Shown here piece by piece: positions 60,991 through 64,000 of a stretch of DNA of 64,000 nt. Origin of the DNA: Amoebophrya sp. A120 (lineage: Eukaryota; Protista; Dinoflagellata); the NCBI GenBank assembly GCA_905178155.1, contig CAJINV010000008.1:310001-374000 (forward strand), read 5' to 3'. A model generated the notes under the pieces. It saw only the letters and a list, made by a program, of their open reading frames with translations, searched no databases and was not told where the DNA came from. The position numbers and the translations under genes were made by a program. Every line of letters starts with the position of its first letter. Position 1 is the stretch's first letter.

Positions 60991-61475
60991 CCATTCCCCG
61001 CAGTTCGGAACCGCTACGCCAATTGCAAGCCTTTCAGGTGGCACTGCTCCATTCTGTATGCGTTTTCTGCGTTTCTGTCTCTCTTGCGTTGATGAAAGCG
61101 CTCTTGTTTCTGCGTTGCGATAGTTGCGTTAACAATGTCCGAGCCGGAGGTTATTATTTGGGCTACTTGCGTATTCGAGAATGAGTTCTTCCGCGTGGTT
61201 CATTTAGCTCATCGAAATCGGATGGATGCGGAGAGCTAGATTCAAAGACGAAATCGGGCAAGGTGGAGGCTAGTCTACAAGGTTTTTGAATTTTGTGCCA
61301 GAGAGATGGGTAGTACCAGTAAGTACTTCTTGCTTCCGATCACAAACGGCGCTAGTAGAGGAAGTATTGCAAGGGATGTGGAGGCAATGCGGGTACTAGA
61401 AGTTGCGGTCAGCGGTGTTTTTTTCCAGTTGATTTTTGACTACACCATTATAGCTGTCGTAGCTCGGTTCGCCGT

Positions 61476-63746
61476 TTAACCCTCACCACCACCAGCTGCT
61501 CCGCCGACTTCCTCCCCGAAGTCCCACGGCGTGCCGGTGCAATTCTGCATGGTTACCAGGGTATACCTGGTTATTTTTTTTCCAAGCGTTAACAAGGTTC
61601 ACTGAGTGATAGACAAAACGGCTCCTCTGAAGTACTTCCAGGAATTATGAGGAATGCGGGGGAAGTAGAAAGCTTAAGCTATGAAAAAAAAAGTATGGCA
61701 CTCGTTCGTGGCAATTGCGACCAGCTCCACACCGTCTGATGTTCTGAGCCGTACATTCTGTAGCTCGGATTCTGGACCGGGTACCAATTCTCGGAGGCTC
61801 TTCTTACAGTTTTGCACGTAGTCCATCATCAGTGCTGATATCCTGAACGAGATTTTTTCCTTTTTCATTTTCTACTTCATCATTTGCGTACTAGCAATTG
61901 GCGATCCGTCATCAATGACACGAAGATTCATTCGTCGCAAATACATACTAATCAAAATCGGCTGTAGCACATCAACAGGGACCCATCGCGCGACCCCGTA
62001 AGTGGGTCTCGAAAGATAAAATATGAACCACCCCTACCGGAAACCCGGGTAGAAATGCCTGGGCCGGCAATTTGGCTGGAAGTCAAGGTAGAAACGCCAG
62101 GGAGTATGGCAATCCCGCCGGTCCCCGTTAGCCGGCCCCCTAGCTCAAAAAGGTACCCGCATCGCGCGCGCAGCGCGCGCGAAGAAAAATTTCGCATGGC
62201 ACACGGCGACACAAGCAGCCGCTCTTGCTTCCTTTGAAGGGCGGGGGTGTGAGCGCGCATGGGCATGGGGCATGCGCGCCACGAATTACTTCTAATCCTG
62301 GAAAGGATTCCCCAGGCGCGCGGTGCGCGCCGGAAAAATGGCAAAACCCCACAGGAGGTCGAAGGAGAAACACTGTACCGGGCCCGGCATTGATTCTTGG
62401 AAAGCTCTGCCCTAGCACAGACGGGCCTGCCCTGCCCCTAAGCAGCCGAAAACCATGTTAACGCGCGCGCGCGCGCGGAATTTTTTCTCAGCTACCAGCT
62501 CCGAATCCGGTTCCCAGTCAGTTTTTGCCGTTTTACCGGCGGGGCCGTAGCAACAAAATAAAAGCGCGCGAGCCAAAAAAGAATTTTTGCAAACCAGACG
62601 AGAACGAGAAGCGCCCCCAGGGGGATTCCGGGGGGGCTTTTTCGTGTTTGATTTTTCGATCGGCAAGAAAAACCACGGCGGGCCCGGGCCCGCCGGGTAG
62701 GCCGGCCCGGCGGACGGAGGGCGGGCCTCAGCAGAAAAAGTTGCCCGCCGAAGCCGCGCGCGAAGCGCGCGGACTAATTTTTTTGGCCAGCAGGCAGCGG
62801 CGATGCCCCGGCCCTCCACGCAGGACACACGCAGCCCGCTAGGAATTTGCACACGCGCGGGCCTGCGCGCTCGCTGCCACACGCCTGTAGGGCGCGCGCG
62901 CCCAATAGCCTGAAGACACCGCCGCGCGCTTTTGTGGCTGCACACCCCGGCGTCCCCTAGCGGCCCTGTGGATGCACGTGCGCCGCCTCGGTCAACCCTT
63001 CCACAGCACCACAAGGACTAGCTTCATTCAAAGGCGTGAAGGAACTCCGCGCCCACGTATTGAAGCTGCAAAGCAGCCACGGATGCCGCTCGGCCTCGGC
63101 GCGGATTTTTTCCAAAAACAATAAAAACGCACGCCGGCCGACCGCGCGAGGGTAGGCGTGCATAAGCTGCGCCACTGTCTCGCGTGTAGGAGGGTTCTGC
63201 GACCATGTTCACCGCGGGGAGTTTTCTCTGCACGACGGAAATTTTTTACGTGTGGCAAAGTTTTCTCTGTGCGGGTTGGACTTTTCTCTGTCGGTTGATT
63301 TTTTATTTTTTTTTTCTAGACCCACTTACCTGCCTAGACAAAAAAAACATAGCACAGCAAGCAGGTATCGACCAGACCCAGAGTATCAGTATCGAGTCGC
63401 AAAAAATTACATTGTAAATACATGACAGCGCGGTCGTAGGTCACGTGCTCGGTGTCCCATTTGCACGGTATGCCGTCCGAGTTCATCATTACATATCCGA
63501 TGACTGTTGGGTACCTGATAATTGTTGTTTTGCCTTTTTTCGCCCTCGTGTTTAAATGAACCTAAAACTACGCTCGCACAGTCTCCGCATTAACGTGCGG
63601 GTGCGATGCTGCCTCTTTCGTGCTAGTGACCAAAGGATTAGGATTCGAAATCGAAGTCGAGACATAAAAAGCCATCGAGCAAATCAGTACTCCGTCTGGT
63701 AGGCCTTGAGAATACTCTCAACATCACTTGTCTGGCCCCCCGCCAT
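61476..63746 (-). CDS. Dynein light chain roadblock/LC7 family protein, 4 exons
   Basis: MAGGQTSDVESILKAYQTE|YPTVIGYVMMNSDGIPCKWDTEHVTYDRAVM|ISALMMDYVQNCKKSLRELVPGPESELQNVRLRTSDGVELVAIATNE|YTLVTMQN...*. GT-AG introns; the second is 1579 bp (61843-63421). Confidence 0.85.
61998..63329. mobile_element. Putative 1.3-kb non-autonomous TIR element inside roadblock intron 2
   Basis: Inverted ends gtaagtgggtctcgaaa (61998) and tttctagacccacttac (63329). The interior has a very different composition, with (CG)n runs alternating with A/T tracts, and no credible ORF. No clear TSD. Confidence 0.6.
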
Positions 63747-64000
63747 GGTTTTCGCTTTTTACATGGAAAAAAAAAACACTTTCCTTTCCTTCTGTCAAAT
63801 CAAAAATTTCATCGACCTCCATCAAGTTTTACTTTTCAAGTCGGCAGAGAGAATGAGCAACGGTATTCGTTTCGTATTGGTGTCAGCCTTTCGTACGTAT
63901 TCCCGATAACGATACATTTGATTTCACGACGATTTTCCCCAGCTCTCGTTTGCATCTGCCTCTGAGCTATTCTTCGCTCGTGTTCGTGTCGTGCGTACTT

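Noticed and set aside
61952-63258. ORFs in the GC-rich insert as a candidate transposase
   Set aside because: They are short, Arg/Ala/Pro-biased and lack DDE or zinc-finger motifs; no autonomous element was found in this window.
1-64000. Dinoflagellate spliced-leader relics, tRNA or rRNA genes
   Set aside because: No convincing match seen by eye on either strand; a tRNAscan/Infernal run would be needed to exclude them.

Overview
This is eukaryotic, gene-dense protist DNA. About 17 protein-coding genes all lie on the minus strand, interrupted by short introns. The architecture strongly suggests a syndinian dinoflagellate such as Amoebophrya (inference). Recognisable genes are an MFS transporter, a very large low-complexity CCR4/nocturnin-like EEP protein, a voltage-sensor/adenylyl cyclase fusion, a DUF273-like glycosyltransferase, PP2A B'', a SET-domain protein, TRM112, a degenerate sirtuin, a secreted rhodanese, an EFCAB10-like protein and dynein roadblock. 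The main signal is a population of at least 13 short elements (142-308 bp). They belong to several unalignable families but share TA(T)...(A)TA terminal inverted repeats, 5-bp target-site duplications (TSDs) and repeated internal GCAT(G/T/C)ACA motifs. Twelve sit inside coding sequence, and the main family occurs in both orientations. Removing the element plus exactly one TSD copy restores the protein reading frame, yet no GT-AG boundary is possible, so these appear to be transposon-derived non-canonical introns (introners). Two other points stand out: a tail-to-tail introner pair in TRM112 whose outer ends match each other best, and a 1.3-kb GC-rich TIR element in a roadblock intron whose end creates a CAG|GTAAGT recursive-splice-like site. 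All coordinates were read by eye; no searches were run.
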